DNA from: Candidatus Latescibacterota bacterium
Lineage (GTDB): Bacteria; Latescibacterota; UBA2968; UBA8231
Length of the DNA stretch: 64,000 nucleotides
Direction: 5' to 3'
NCBI GenBank assembly: GCA_965208105.1
Contig: OZ242318.1
Span: forward strand, 256,001-320,000
The notes beneath the pieces were generated by a model. The model was not told the origin of the DNA. It made no database searches and saw only the letters and a list, made by a program, of their open reading frames with translations. The position numbers were made by a program, and so were the translations under genes. Position 1 is the first letter of the stretch. Each line of letters starts with the position of its first letter. Shown one piece after another: positions 10,903 through 20,404 of this stretch.

Positions 10903-11658
10903 ATGCGCCTGAAAAACAAGGTGGCCCTGATCACCGGCGCCAGCGTGGGGATCGGGCGCCACACGGCGCTGCTCTTCGCCCGCGAGGGCGCCAGGGTGGC
11001 GGTCAACTCGCAGAGCTCCCGGGGAGAGGCGGTTGTCGAGGAAATCGCCGCCTCGGGGGGCGAGGCCCTCTTCGTCCGGGGCAGGGTGGAGGAGGAGGCG
11101 GACGCCCGGGCCATGGTGGCCAGGACAGTGGAGGAGTTCGGGCGCCTGGACATTCTGGTGAACAACGCCGGCATCGTGGTCCCGGACAACATGGAGAACG
11201 CCGGGGTCGAGGACTGGGAGAACACCATGGCGGTCAACGTCCGCGGCGTCTTCCTGATGTCGAAATTCGCCCTGCAGCAGATGCTGCGCCAGGGCGGCGG
11301 CGCCATCGTCCACAACGCGTCCGTCGCCGCGGTCAAGGGCCTGAAGGACCGCACCTCCTACACCGCCTCCAAGGGGGCGGTGGCGGCCTTGACCCGGGCC
11401 ATGGCCGTCGACTACGTCGGCCGCAACATCCGGGTCAACTGCGTCAATCCCGGCACCACCCTGACTCCCTCGCTGCAGGACAGGATCAACGCCTTCGACG
11501 ATCCCGTGGAGGCGGAAAAGATGTTCGTCTCGCGCCAGCCCATGGGGCGGCTGGGCAGGCCGGAGGAGATCGCCGCGGGGATTCTCTTCCTGGCAAGCGA
11601 CGAGGCTTCGTTCATCACCGGCCAGATCCTCAACATCGACGGCGGATTGACGGTATAG
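10903..11658 (+). CDS. SDR family oxidoreductase
   Basis: TGASVGIG, NNAG, YTASK, RVNCVNPG. Confidence 0.92.
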   Translation: MRLKNKVALITGASVGIGRHTALLFAREGARVAVNSQSSRGEAVVEEIAASGGEALFVRGRVEEEADARAMVARTVEEFGRLDILVNNAGIVVPDNMENAGVEDWENTMAVNVRGVFLMSKFALQQMLRQGGGAIVHNASVAAVKGLKDRTSYTASKGAVAALTRAMAVDYVGRNIRVNCVNPGTTLTPSLQDRINAFDDPVEAEKMFVSRQPMGRLGRPEEIAAGILFLASDEASFITGQILNIDGGLTV

Positions 11659-11728
11659 CAGCCCGGGAGGACTTTTTCAACGGGCTGCCAGGCATCGGGG
11701 TCCAGCGCAACAGGCAGGAGGTAATGGG

Positions 11729-12853
11729 ATGAAGATTCGCGACCAGGGAGTAATCAACCGCGGCGAACCGGGCACGGCGCGGGCAATTTCCACCTTTCCC
11801 GGCCTCATTGCCCTCGCCGACGGCTCCCTGCTGGCCACCTACCGGGTCGGCAGCGGCAAGGACTCGGCCGACGGCACCCTCGAGCTGAGGCGCTCGGAGG
11901 ACGGCGGCCGGTCGTGGGGCGCGCCGGAGACTCCCTTCGCCACCAGCCTGAACGGGATGAAGGGATCGCTCAGAACGGGATACGTCACCGACCTGGGAGA
12001 CGGGCATCTGCTGCTCGTCGCCCTGTGGGTCGACCGCCAGACCTATCCGGGCATGCCCCTGTTCAACGAAGAAACGGAGGGATGCCTGCCCCTGGAGGTA
12101 GTAGTGGCCGACTCCCGCGACATGGGTCGCACCTGGTCCGGTTGGCGCGCCGTTCCCGTTGCGGCGGACGTGGGTCCACCCAGCCTCACCAACCCCGTGC
12201 TCGTTCTGGCCAGCGGACGTCTCGCCCTGAGCATCGAGTCGAACAAGACCTACCGGGACCGGGGACAGTGGCTGCAACGGGTGGTCTACCTGTATTCGGA
12301 CGACAGGGGCAAGACCTGGGGCGCAGCGCTCACCACCTGCCAGGACCCCAGCGGCCGCATCTTCAACTGGGACCAGCGCGCCGAGGTCTTCCCCGACGGC
12401 CGCGTGGCCACCTTCACCTGGACCTACGACAGCCAGGCCGCCCGCTACCTCAACATCCGGCGCCGCCTCAGCGCTGACGAAGGGGCCACCTGGACCGAAC
12501 CGGAAGATCTCGGGTTCGCCGACCAGGCCGCCCGTCCCGCCGTATTTCCCGACGGCCGCGTGGTCCTCGCCTGGGTCGACCGCTACCAATCGCGCTCCAT
12601 CCGCGCCCGCCTGGCGGTTGCGGCGGACGCCCCGTTTGCCGCGGCCACCGAGGTCGAGCTCTACCGCCATGCGGCCGACGGAAGCGGGGGCGCATCCGGC
12701 CCGGAGGACACCGGCGACCTGCTTGCCGAGATGGGCCTGTGGAGCTTCGGCCTTCCATTTGCGGCGGCCCTGCCCGACGGCGACGCCATGGTGGTCTACT
12801 ACGCCGGCGACCAGTCCTGCATGGAGGTGCGCTGGGCCCGTCTGGTCCCGTGA
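11729..12853 (+). CDS. BNR/Asp-box (sialidase-like) beta-propeller protein
   Basis: Four Asp-boxes: SEDGGRSW, SRDMGRTW, SDDRGKTW, SADEGATW. Confidence 0.85.
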   Translation: MKIRDQGVINRGEPGTARAISTFPGLIALADGSLLATYRVGSGKDSADGTLELRRSEDGGRSWGAPETPFATSLNGMKGSLRTGYVTDLGDGHLLLVALWVDRQTYPGMPLFNEETEGCLPLEVVVADSRDMGRTWSGWRAVPVAADVGPPSLTNPVLVLASGRLALSIESNKTYRDRGQWLQRVVYLYSDDRGKTWGAALTTCQDPSGRIFNWDQRAEVFPDGRVATFTWTYDSQAARYLNIRRRLSADEGATWTEPEDLGFADQAARPAVFPDGRVVLAWVDRYQSRSIRARLAVAADAPFAAATEVELYRHAADGSGGASGPEDTGDLLAEMGLWSFGLPFAAALPDGDAMVVYYAGDQSCMEVRWARLVP

Positions 12854-12909
12854 GGGGAGCACTGCTGATGCGGCAATCGCCGCCTAAAACGGAAGAAGGA
12901 GGCCGTTCC

Positions 12910-13704
12910 ATGACCCTGAAGAACCCCCGCCGTCTCACCACCGCACAGGTGGAGCGCTTCCGCCTGGACGGCTGCCTCAGCGTGGAGGACGTGCTGACCG
13001 AGGACGAGGTGGCCGCCCTGGGACAGCACGCCGACCGCATCGCCGCCGGGGAGCTGGACCACATTCCCGGAGACAGCATCCAGCTCGAACCCGTTTTCAG
13101 CCGCGGGGAAAAGGCAGTCGACGACAAGGTGCTGTCGGTGCGCAAGCTGTTCAAGCTGGCGGCCTACGACGAGGTGATGTGGGCCCACGCCACCCATCCC
13201 AAGATAGCCGACATGGCCGCCGACCTGCTCGGCACCGATGACATCAAGCTCTACAGCGACCAGCTCTTCATGAAGGGCCCGCGCACCGGCAGCGCCCAGG
13301 TGTGGCACCAGGACTCGGCTTCCTGGCGCGATATCCTCCCCATGGACCTGGTCACCGCATGGACCGCCATCGACGCGGCCACGGTGGACAACGGCTGCCT
13401 CAACTTCGCCATCGGCACCCATCGCTGCGGCCTGTTGCGCGGCGAGCGACTCCATCCTTTCGTCGCCGACCTGGAGAGCGGCCTGTGGCCCGTGCGGTCA
13501 GCTCCCCTGCGCCCCGGAGGCGTCAGCTTCCACCACAGCCTCACTCTGCACCAGAGCAACGCCAATCGCAGCGGCAGGCGGCGCAGGGGCTACGCGGTGC
13601 ACTACATGCGCGCCAGCTCCTGGCGCGACCACAGTGTAACCGGCGTGCCGAAAGTGCCTCCCTTCAGGCAAGTGAGAGGGCGTTCCTTTCCCGGTAGGGT
13701 ATAG
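12910..13704 (+). CDS. PhyH family dioxygenase
   Basis: WHQD, distal HQS, RRGYAVHY. RBS before ATG 12910. Confidence 0.9.
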   Translation: MTLKNPRRLTTAQVERFRLDGCLSVEDVLTEDEVAALGQHADRIAAGELDHIPGDSIQLEPVFSRGEKAVDDKVLSVRKLFKLAAYDEVMWAHATHPKIADMAADLLGTDDIKLYSDQLFMKGPRTGSAQVWHQDSASWRDILPMDLVTAWTAIDAATVDNGCLNFAIGTHRCGLLRGERLHPFVADLESGLWPVRSAPLRPGGVSFHHSLTLHQSNANRSGRRRRGYAVHYMRASSWRDHSVTGVPKVPPFRQVRGRSFPGRV

Positions 13705-13718
13705 ACTTCCGCGGGGGG

Positions 13719-14789
13719 TCAACCGCTTTCGCCCGACCAGTAGTCCACCGCGTCGGCGCGGCGGAAGATGCCCTGGCCGCCCAGGGCCCGAACGCCGGCC
13801 TTGGCGGAATCGGGATACTGGACCACCTCGTGGGGGAGGACGTTGCTCAGAGCCAGCAGCACGCAGGCCTGCCGGCCCTGGTTGGTGAATTTGTGGGCGC
13901 CGCGGGGACCGGGGGGAAAGGCGATGAAGTCCCCCGGCTCCAGGTCCAGCGGTCCGCGGGGGCCGGTCAGGGTGCAGGTCCCTTCGAGGACCTGGAACAT
14001 TTCCTCCTCGAAGTGGTGGAAGTGCAGCGGGAAGGTGGACATGCCCGGGGGCAGGCGGATGAGGCGGTAGCCCAAGTGCCGGCCGCCGATGAGCGGGTCG
14101 ATGTCCCTGGTCTCCCAGCGATAGCCCTCCGCTCCCTCCCAGGGAGTCCAGGGAATATCCTCCACGTTGATCCGGTTGATGTAGATATCCCTCCGCTGCT
14201 CCAGGCATTCGAGCAACAGCCGGCGGGCGTCGCGCAGAATCGAGTGGCCGTCTCCCACCAGCATGGCGTCGAAGTCGAGCTGCAGCAGTTTGCGCAGGCC
14301 CAGGGCGGCTTTCGGAGGATCGGCGAGCTTGGGGTCGGGCAGCAGGCTGAGGCGGCCAACGGGCGCCCCCACCACCAGGTCGCCGGAAAGGACCAGCTTG
14401 AGGGCAGGCCAGAAGAGGGCGATTTCTCCCGGACTTTTGCCATGCTCCAGGTGCACCGCCTGGAGCCCGGGGACGATTTCCTCGCCGTCGTCCAGGAGGC
14501 GGTCCGGCGGCCGGTCGAAGAGGCCGGCGTCGGCGCTGTGGGCGGCGATGCGGGCGCCGCTGCGGTCCTTGAAGAAGGCGGCTTCGCGTTCGTGGTCGCG
14601 GTTGGTGAGAACGATCCAGGCGGCACCGCCCAGTTGGTCGAATTGCTCCAGATCCTCGGCGGCCATGGGCACCGGATCGATGAGGACGTTGCCCTGGTCG
14701 CGCACCCAGAGATGGCCGTTGAAGTCGATCTGGCGCTCCTGGCTGAAGATGGACCAGGAGTAGAAGTTCTCACATGCTATTTCCTTCAT
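13719..14789 (-). CDS. MBL-fold domain fused to cupin domain
   Basis: N-terminal LIDP, LTNRDH, HGKSPGE, SGD, GDG; C-terminal HFHHFEEEMF...GAHKF cupin. Confidence 0.78.
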   Translation of the reverse strand: MKEIACENFYSWSIFSQERQIDFNGHLWVRDQGNVLIDPVPMAAEDLEQFDQLGGAAWIVLTNRDHEREAAFFKDRSGARIAAHSADAGLFDRPPDRLLDDGEEIVPGLQAVHLEHGKSPGEIALFWPALKLVLSGDLVVGAPVGRLSLLPDPKLADPPKAALGLRKLLQLDFDAMLVGDGHSILRDARRLLLECLEQRRDIYINRINVEDIPWTPWEGAEGYRWETRDIDPLIGGRHLGYRLIRLPPGMSTFPLHFHHFEEEMFQVLEGTCTLTGPRGPLDLEPGDFIAFPPGPRGAHKFTNQGRQACVLLALSNVLPHEVVQYPDSAKAGVRALGGQGIFRRADAVDYWSGESG

Positions 14790-14817
14790 GGCGAATGCCC
14801 TCGGGGAAACACACCAT

Positions 14818-15603
14818 TCACAAGCAGGACTGCACCAGGTCCCGCGCCCGCATCAACTCCTCGCGGGTGCGGTAGTATTCGAGAACGAAATAGGGCGCCG
14901 GGGCGTATTCCCGCAGCGCCCCGATATAGGCCGGGTAGTCCAGGCGTCCGGCCCCGGCCGGTCCGTAGCCGGCCACCTCGCCGTTCTCGCCGAAGCGCGC
15001 GTCCTTGCCGTGGGCGATGGCGATGTGGGGGCCCAGGGTGCGCACCGCGCGCACCAGCGGGGTGCGGTCGGGGGCGAAGTTGGCCGCGTCCATGCAGACC
15101 TTGAGAGCGGCCGATCCCACCCGGTCCCGCACCCGCAGGAAGCGCTCGGCTCCGTCGATGGTTCCCCCCCTGGTTATCTCCACCGCGAGGGAGACCCCGG
15201 CCGTTTCAGCCGCCGCGCAGGCCCTGGCCAGCCCCTGGCACAGCCCCTCGAACAGCGCCCCGTCGTCGACCCCTTCTTCAGGATACTCGGAGGGATGCCA
15301 CACCAGCACCGGCTCCGGGTTGTCGCCGAAACGGCCGGCGAGGACCGCGGTCTTGCCGAGGCAGCGCACCAGCCGCGTAACCTCTTCCCGGACCTCTCCC
15401 CGGGGGCCAACCAGGCCCGCGTGCAGGGTCATGGCCGCCAGGGAGACCTGGGCGGCCTCCAGCACCTGATCCACCTCGTCCGGGGCGGGGTCGTCGGCCT
15501 CCCCGTCGAGTCCGGCGCCGAAGAACATCTGCACCGCCTCGAAGCCCTCTGCCCTCAGCTGCGCCGGCGGCAGCAGGTCTCCCTGCATCATTCCAAGTTT
15601 CAC
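14818..15603 (-). CDS. sugar phosphate isomerase/epimerase (xylose isomerase-like TIM barrel)
   Basis: LAVE, MDAANF, AHGKD, GAGRLDY, LEY. GTG start at 15603. Confidence 0.82.
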   Translation of the reverse strand: MKLGMMQGDLLPPAQLRAEGFEAVQMFFGAGLDGEADDPAPDEVDQVLEAAQVSLAAMTLHAGLVGPRGEVREEVTRLVRCLGKTAVLAGRFGDNPEPVLVWHPSEYPEEGVDDGALFEGLCQGLARACAAAETAGVSLAVEITRGGTIDGAERFLRVRDRVGSAALKVCMDAANFAPDRTPLVRAVRTLGPHIAIAHGKDARFGENGEVAGYGPAGAGRLDYPAYIGALREYAPAPYFVLEYYRTREELMRARDLVQSCL

Positions 15604-15767
15604 CTGTCGCTCCTTGTCGTTGGCCGCCCGCACACGCGGGAGCGAGCGGAGAGGGTGGAACTCCCGTGGGCAAATGGATAGGCATCCGCTCCTGCCCTGT
15701 CAATGAGAGGGAGAATGGAGTAGATTTGCCCCTGCCGGAATTTTCCGCATTCCGAGGAGAGCCTGCC

Positions 15768-16029
15768 GTGCTTTTCACCACCGCCCAGATCGAGTACTAC
15801 AGAACCCGGGGCTACGTGTCCGGTCCGCGGGTCCTGTCCGCCGGGCAGGTGGAGGTGCTCAAAGAACGCATCGACGACATTCTCCGCGGCGCGGCTATGC
15901 CATGCACCTCATGCCCGGCCACACCCGGCGCCTGGGCGACAACTGGAACGAGCGCATGGGCGATGTCGAAACCGTGGGTGTAGGCGAGATTGTCCGGGAC
16001 CGGACTACCCGGAGCTGGTAGCGGTGTGA
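15768..16029 (+). pseudogene. internally deleted PhyH-family dioxygenase remnant
   Basis: RBS GAGGAG, then PhyH-like N-terminus (VLFTTAQIEYYRTRGY...VLSAGQVEVLKERIDDIL) joined out of frame to a PhyH-like C-terminus (RGYAMHLMP...VR/PDYPELVAV*). Confidence 0.72.
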
Positions 16030-16115
16030 AAGGCTTTTCCTGGGGGAAGAAGAGGTGGGGTGCCGCCTGCTGGGGCAGAAGGGCGACGCCCGGCCTCCTT
16101 GCGGGACCGGGCAGG

Positions 16116-17057
16116 TCAGGGGGTCTGGGCCCCGTTGGTCTCCAGGTACAGCGAGAACAGGGAGTGGGAACAGGTCATGAAGAGCCTGTTCTTCTTGAGG
16201 CCCCCGAAGCAGAGGTTGGCGCAGGGGGCCGGCAGGTGGATCCTGCCGATCAGGGTCCCGTCGGGGGCGAAGCAGTGGACCCCGTCGAATCCTTCCCCCG
16301 CCCATCCGGCCCCCGCCCACAGGTTGCCGTCAAGGTCGGTGCGGATTCCGTCGGCGATGCCAGGGTCCATGTCGGCGAAGAGGCGCCCGTTGGCGAGGCG
16401 GTTGCCCTCGACGTCGAAGACGAGGATGTGGGCGGGGTGCTCGGGTCCGTCGGAGCGTCCCGTGTCGACGATGTAGAGCAGAGACTCGTCCGGGCTGAAG
16501 CAGAGGCCGTTGGGGCGGCGGAGCTCTGCAGCGACCACGGTGGCCTGGCCGGACCCGGGATCGAGGCGGTAGACGTTGGGGTCGTTCTCGAACTCGGCGC
16601 GGCCTCCTTCGTAGTCCATCAGAATGCCGTAGCCTGGATCGGTGAACCAGACGGATCCGTCCGACTTGACCACGATGTCGTTGGGGGCGTTCAGGCGCCC
16701 GCCCTCGAAGCGGTCCATCAATACGGTGATCGAGCCGTCGTGCTCGGTGCGGGTGACTCTGCGGGTGCGGTGCTCACAGGAGACCAGGCGGCCCAAGCGG
16801 TCGCGGGTGTTGCCGTTGGTGTTGTGCGAGGGCCTGCGGAAGACGGATACCTCCCCGGTCTCCTCCTCCCACTTGAGAATGCGGTCGTTGGGCAGATCGC
16901 TGAACAGGAGGTAGCGGCCGTCGCCGAACCACACCGGGCCTTCGAGCCAGCGTCCGCCGGTCCACAGCATCTCGACGGCGGCGTTTCCCAGCTTGTACCT
17001 TGCGAAGCGCTCGTCGAGCACCTCGATGCGGCTGTCCGGATATCTCACGAGGTCCAT
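16116..17057 (-). CDS. SMP-30/gluconolactonase/LRE family protein
   Basis: WLEGPVW, FSDLPN, NAPND, PNGLCFSPD, ADG, CANLCFGG. Confidence 0.92.
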   Translation of the reverse strand: MDLVRYPDSRIEVLDERFARYKLGNAAVEMLWTGGRWLEGPVWFGDGRYLLFSDLPNDRILKWEEETGEVSVFRRPSHNTNGNTRDRLGRLVSCEHRTRRVTRTEHDGSITVLMDRFEGGRLNAPNDIVVKSDGSVWFTDPGYGILMDYEGGRAEFENDPNVYRLDPGSGQATVVAAELRRPNGLCFSPDESLLYIVDTGRSDGPEHPAHILVFDVEGNRLANGRLFADMDPGIADGIRTDLDGNLWAGAGWAGEGFDGVHCFAPDGTLIGRIHLPAPCANLCFGGLKKNRLFMTCSHSLFSLYLETNGAQTP

Positions 17058-17191
17058 TGTTCCATTTCCCATTTTCAGGCCGGAGGTGCCGGATTGTCGA
17101 TGAAAGTTCTGTTTTTCCCGGGACCAAAGCAAGGTCTTCTGGGCCTCTGTGGCGCGGGGGCGGCGACACGGCCCGGGGGAAGGGGAGGCGC

Positions 17192-18046
17192 TTGAGCTCG
17201 GAGGTCTGGTCCCTCGTGCTGATTTCGGCGGTGTGCCACGCCGGTTGGAATCTGTATGCCCGGAGGGTGGCGGGGCACCTGGGAATCCTGTGGCTGGCCA
17301 AGATCACCGCGATTCTGTTTCTGCTGCCCCTGGCCGGCTGGGCCCTTCTCTGGGACGGGGGGATGGCCATGTCCTGGCGCGGGATGGGGTACCTGGCGCT
17401 CACGGGAACCCTGCATTCCCTCTATTTCTACCTCCTGGGCCGCACCTACTCCAGGGGTGAGATTTCGGTGGTCTACCCGGTGGCGCGGGGGACCGGGGTG
17501 GGGTTGACGGGATTGGGGGCCTGGCTGGTACTGGGCGAAGCTGTTTCCTGGTTGGGCGGCATGGGAATAGCCCTGGTGTTCGCGGGAATCTTCCTGATGG
17601 GGATTCCCGTCTTGCGCAACCGCCGCCAGGTGGAGGGGATGGGCACCGCCCTCGGAGTTGGGGTGACCATCCTGTGCTATTCGCTGATCGACAAGAAGGG
17701 GGTGCAGGTGGTGCACCCTCTGGTATACATCACCGGGGCCTATTTGCTGTCCGCGGTCATACTTGCCCCGGTCGTGAGGCCGAGATCCTGGGGGCAGTTG
17801 GGGGAGTTGGCCCGAGGGGACCCGGCCGCGTTGCTGGTGATCGGCCTGGGGTCCTCGGTCACCTATCTGCTGGTTCTGTTCGCCTACCAGATGGGACCCG
17901 TGGGCTATATCGTCGCGGCCCGGGAGGCAGCCGTGGTGGTAGGTGTCGTGCTGGGTGTGGTGGTTCTCAAGGAGCCATTGTCCGCGGCCAAGGCGGGGGC
18001 CGTCGCGGCGATCGTGCTGGGTCTCCTTTGCATCAGAGCGGGATGA
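17192..18046 (+). CDS. EamA/DMT family transporter
   Basis: HAGWN, GEISVVYPVARG, IDK, AARE...LKE. TTG start after GGGGAGG. Confidence 0.85.
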   Translation: MSSEVWSLVLISAVCHAGWNLYARRVAGHLGILWLAKITAILFLLPLAGWALLWDGGMAMSWRGMGYLALTGTLHSLYFYLLGRTYSRGEISVVYPVARGTGVGLTGLGAWLVLGEAVSWLGGMGIALVFAGIFLMGIPVLRNRRQVEGMGTALGVGVTILCYSLIDKKGVQVVHPLVYITGAYLLSAVILAPVVRPRSWGQLGELARGDPAALLVIGLGSSVTYLLVLFAYQMGPVGYIVAAREAAVVVGVVLGVVVLKEPLSAAKAGAVAAIVLGLLCIRAG

Positions 18047-18049
18047 GAC

Positions 18050-18532
18050 ATGGGCACATACTACCTGCATATGACCGATCGGGCGCAGCTGCGGCCGTCG
18101 CGTAAGGAGGTGGAGGGCTTCGAGGTGGCGCGGTGCCGGGTGCCCTGCGGGGCGCTGAACCGCTTCTTCTACCAGGAGGTGGGGAAGGGGTGGCGCTGGA
18201 CCTTCCGCCTGCCGTGGACGGATGAGGAATGGCAGGCCTATGTGGAGCGGCCGGGCCTGGAGACCTGGATCGGCTACGAGAAGGGAACCCCGGCGGGCTA
18301 CTTCGAGCTGGCGCGGCAGGAGGAGGACCTGGTGGAGGTAGCCTCGTTCGGACTGCTGCCCCGCTTCATCGGCCGCGGCCTGGGCGGGCTGCTGCTGACC
18401 GCGGCCATGCAGCGGGCATGGGAAGAGGGAACCCGGCGGGTATGGCTGCACACCTGTTCGTGGGACCATCCCCACGCCCTGGCCAACTACCAGGCGCGGG
18501 GCCTGGAGGTGTACGAGACCAAGGAGTGGTGA
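18050..18532 (+). CDS. GNAT N-acetyltransferase
   Basis: FGLLPRFIGRGLG, WLHTCSWDHPHALANYQARG. Confidence 0.88.
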   Translation: MGTYYLHMTDRAQLRPSRKEVEGFEVARCRVPCGALNRFFYQEVGKGWRWTFRLPWTDEEWQAYVERPGLETWIGYEKGTPAGYFELARQEEDLVEVASFGLLPRFIGRGLGGLLLTAAMQRAWEEGTRRVWLHTCSWDHPHALANYQARGLEVYETKEW

Positions 18533-18550
18533 AGTCCGGGTGGAACGGAA

Positions 18551-18907
18551 TCAGAACTTGTGCAGGCCGATGCTGTTCCCGGATGGATCCTGGAATATGC
18601 CGATGTGTCCCATGCCGCCGGGAACGGGCGTCGGTGGCACGATGGTTCTGCCTCCCAGGCTCTCGGCCTGGTCCAGGCACTTCCGGATGTCGTCCACCTG
18701 AACGTAGAAGGTGACGTAGTTCGGCGGCATGTCCTCGGTGGTTTGCATGATCCCTCCGGGGACACCGCCCTCTTCCCCCTCCACGTACCAGTAGGTGCCG
18801 GCGGGAGCATGCTGGGAGATCTGCCAGTCGAAAAGGTTGCTGTAGAACTCCCTCAGGGCCTCCCCGTCCCGTCCCGCGATTTCAAAATACACTACCGGTT
18901 TTCCCAT
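18551..18907 (-). CDS. VOC/glyoxalase family protein
   Basis: VVYFEI...FYSNLFDW...FYVQVDD...FQDPSGN. RBS GGAGG before ATG 18907. Confidence 0.88.
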   Translation of the reverse strand: MGKPVVYFEIAGRDGEALREFYSNLFDWQISQHAPAGTYWYVEGEEGGVPGGIMQTTEDMPPNYVTFYVQVDDIRKCLDQAESLGGRTIVPPTPVPGGMGHIGIFQDPSGNSIGLHKF

Positions 18908-19062
18908 AATTTCCCTCCTTGGATGGAAGTTATTCCTGTTTTTACAACGAGCATCGTGGTTCAATTCCAACCTCGAATGACGCCTCGAATGACGTGCCGG
19001 GCCAGCGGCAGGCGAAAGCGCGGTCCGGCGGAACGGGCGGAGGTGGAGGCATATTATTTTAC

Positions 19063-19088
19063 CACTGTATTGCTGTATTGATACAGTG
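19063..19088. promoter_or_regulatory. palindromic operator candidate upstream of the VOC gene
   Basis: CACTGTAT-N10-ATACAGTG perfect inverted repeat in an AT-rich patch. Confidence 0.5.
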
Positions 19089-19125
19089 AATCTGGGGAGG
19101 AGAATAGGATGGTTTGCGACCGCAA

Positions 19126-20100
19126 TCAGCTCTGGCGCTCGCCGAAAGGGGTCCATCCGCGTCCTGGCCGGCGCACGGTTGTGCGCTCGTAGCGGGAGCG
19201 GATTTCCTTGAACCGGGTGATGTCGGCGATCTCGCGTTGCGGGTTGTCGGGGTCCTTGATGACGAAGTCGCCTTCGGTAGGCAGGCAGGCCATGGTGACC
19301 GGGTCCCTCTCCGGATCGAATTCCTCGGGGTCCTCGTCGACGTTGTTGGGGACCCGGGCGTCCTGGTAGCGGAGGTCGACGCTCCAGCGCACGATGCCGG
19401 TGCGGTTCTCGAAGGAAGCGTGGGGGGTGAGGTTGGTCATGAAGAGCACCGAGCCGGCGCGCATGGGGCAGGCCACGGGCTCGAGGACCGGCAGGTCTTC
19501 CGAGGCGATTTCCAGGTAGCCGCCCTGGCCGCCGGTGTAGTGGCGGTAGACGCCGCCGCGGTGGGCCCCGGGAATGACGTAGAGGCAGCCGTTGGCGATG
19601 GTGGCGTCCACCAGGGGGATCCAGCAGGTGACGATCAGGCTGCCGTCGCAGTGGGGCATGAAATAGCCCGAGTCCTGGTGCCAGGGCACGGGGCCGCGCC
19701 AGTAACCCGGAGCCTTGGGGCGGATGCGGTACACGGACGAGCCGACGATGTTGGGGCCAACCAGGCTTTCGATGCAGGAGACCAGCGGCGGGTGGCGCAG
19801 AAAATCGAGGATGGCCTGTTCCTTGAAGCCGCCGCCTCCGCGTCCCATGATCGCCTGGGTCACGCGCTCACCCACCGAAGCGTCGGCTTTGAAGAGGCAG
19901 CCCAGGCGGGTCTCGAAGGGTTCAGCGGCGAAGGTTTCCGGGCCCAGCAACCCTTCCTGCTGCAGGGCGGCGCAGGTCCGGTCGATGACCGCGGTGAGAC
20001 CGTCCTTGAGGGGTTGGAGGTCGGGCCGGGAGTAGATCCCCTCCTTGACGAGGTAACCGCGGTGGTGGAACTGCTGGAGTTCGGCGGGGCTCATGCCCAT
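19126..20100 (-). CDS. PhyH family dioxygenase
   Basis: PWHQDSGY, CWIPLVDA...NGCL, TPHAS, RWSVDLRY. Confidence 0.9.
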   Translation of the reverse strand: MGMSPAELQQFHHRGYLVKEGIYSRPDLQPLKDGLTAVIDRTCAALQQEGLLGPETFAAEPFETRLGCLFKADASVGERVTQAIMGRGGGGFKEQAILDFLRHPPLVSCIESLVGPNIVGSSVYRIRPKAPGYWRGPVPWHQDSGYFMPHCDGSLIVTCWIPLVDATIANGCLYVIPGAHRGGVYRHYTGGQGGYLEIASEDLPVLEPVACPMRAGSVLFMTNLTPHASFENRTGIVRWSVDLRYQDARVPNNVDEDPEEFDPERDPVTMACLPTEGDFVIKDPDNPQREIADITRFKEIRSRYERTTVRRPGRGWTPFGERQS

Positions 20101-20404
20101 GAAGTGCTCCGTCTGAAAGGGTGGCGGGCAACTTGAAACCTGGCCGGGGTCTCCGCTGCCGGTATGTTTTGCATCAAGAGGCCGCCTGGGGTCGCAGGGT
20201 GTTCCAGGGCGCTTGGTCACAGACATCTACGAGCTCCGTGGAGGCTATGAATTTCCAGTTCACTGCGCGGCGCATTCTCCCTTGTGCGGCTGTCGGTGCA
20301 GGTGGGGACTAAAAGGCATTCAATATGGTTCCGCTGTCAAGGGTAAGGGGGGGCAGGTGCAGGGGGAGGCCCCGGGAAATTGTTCTGGTCCATTCGGGAA
20401 CAGG

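Noticed and set aside
19063-19088. LexA (SOS) box
   Set aside because: Spacing does not fit CTGT-N8-ACAG.
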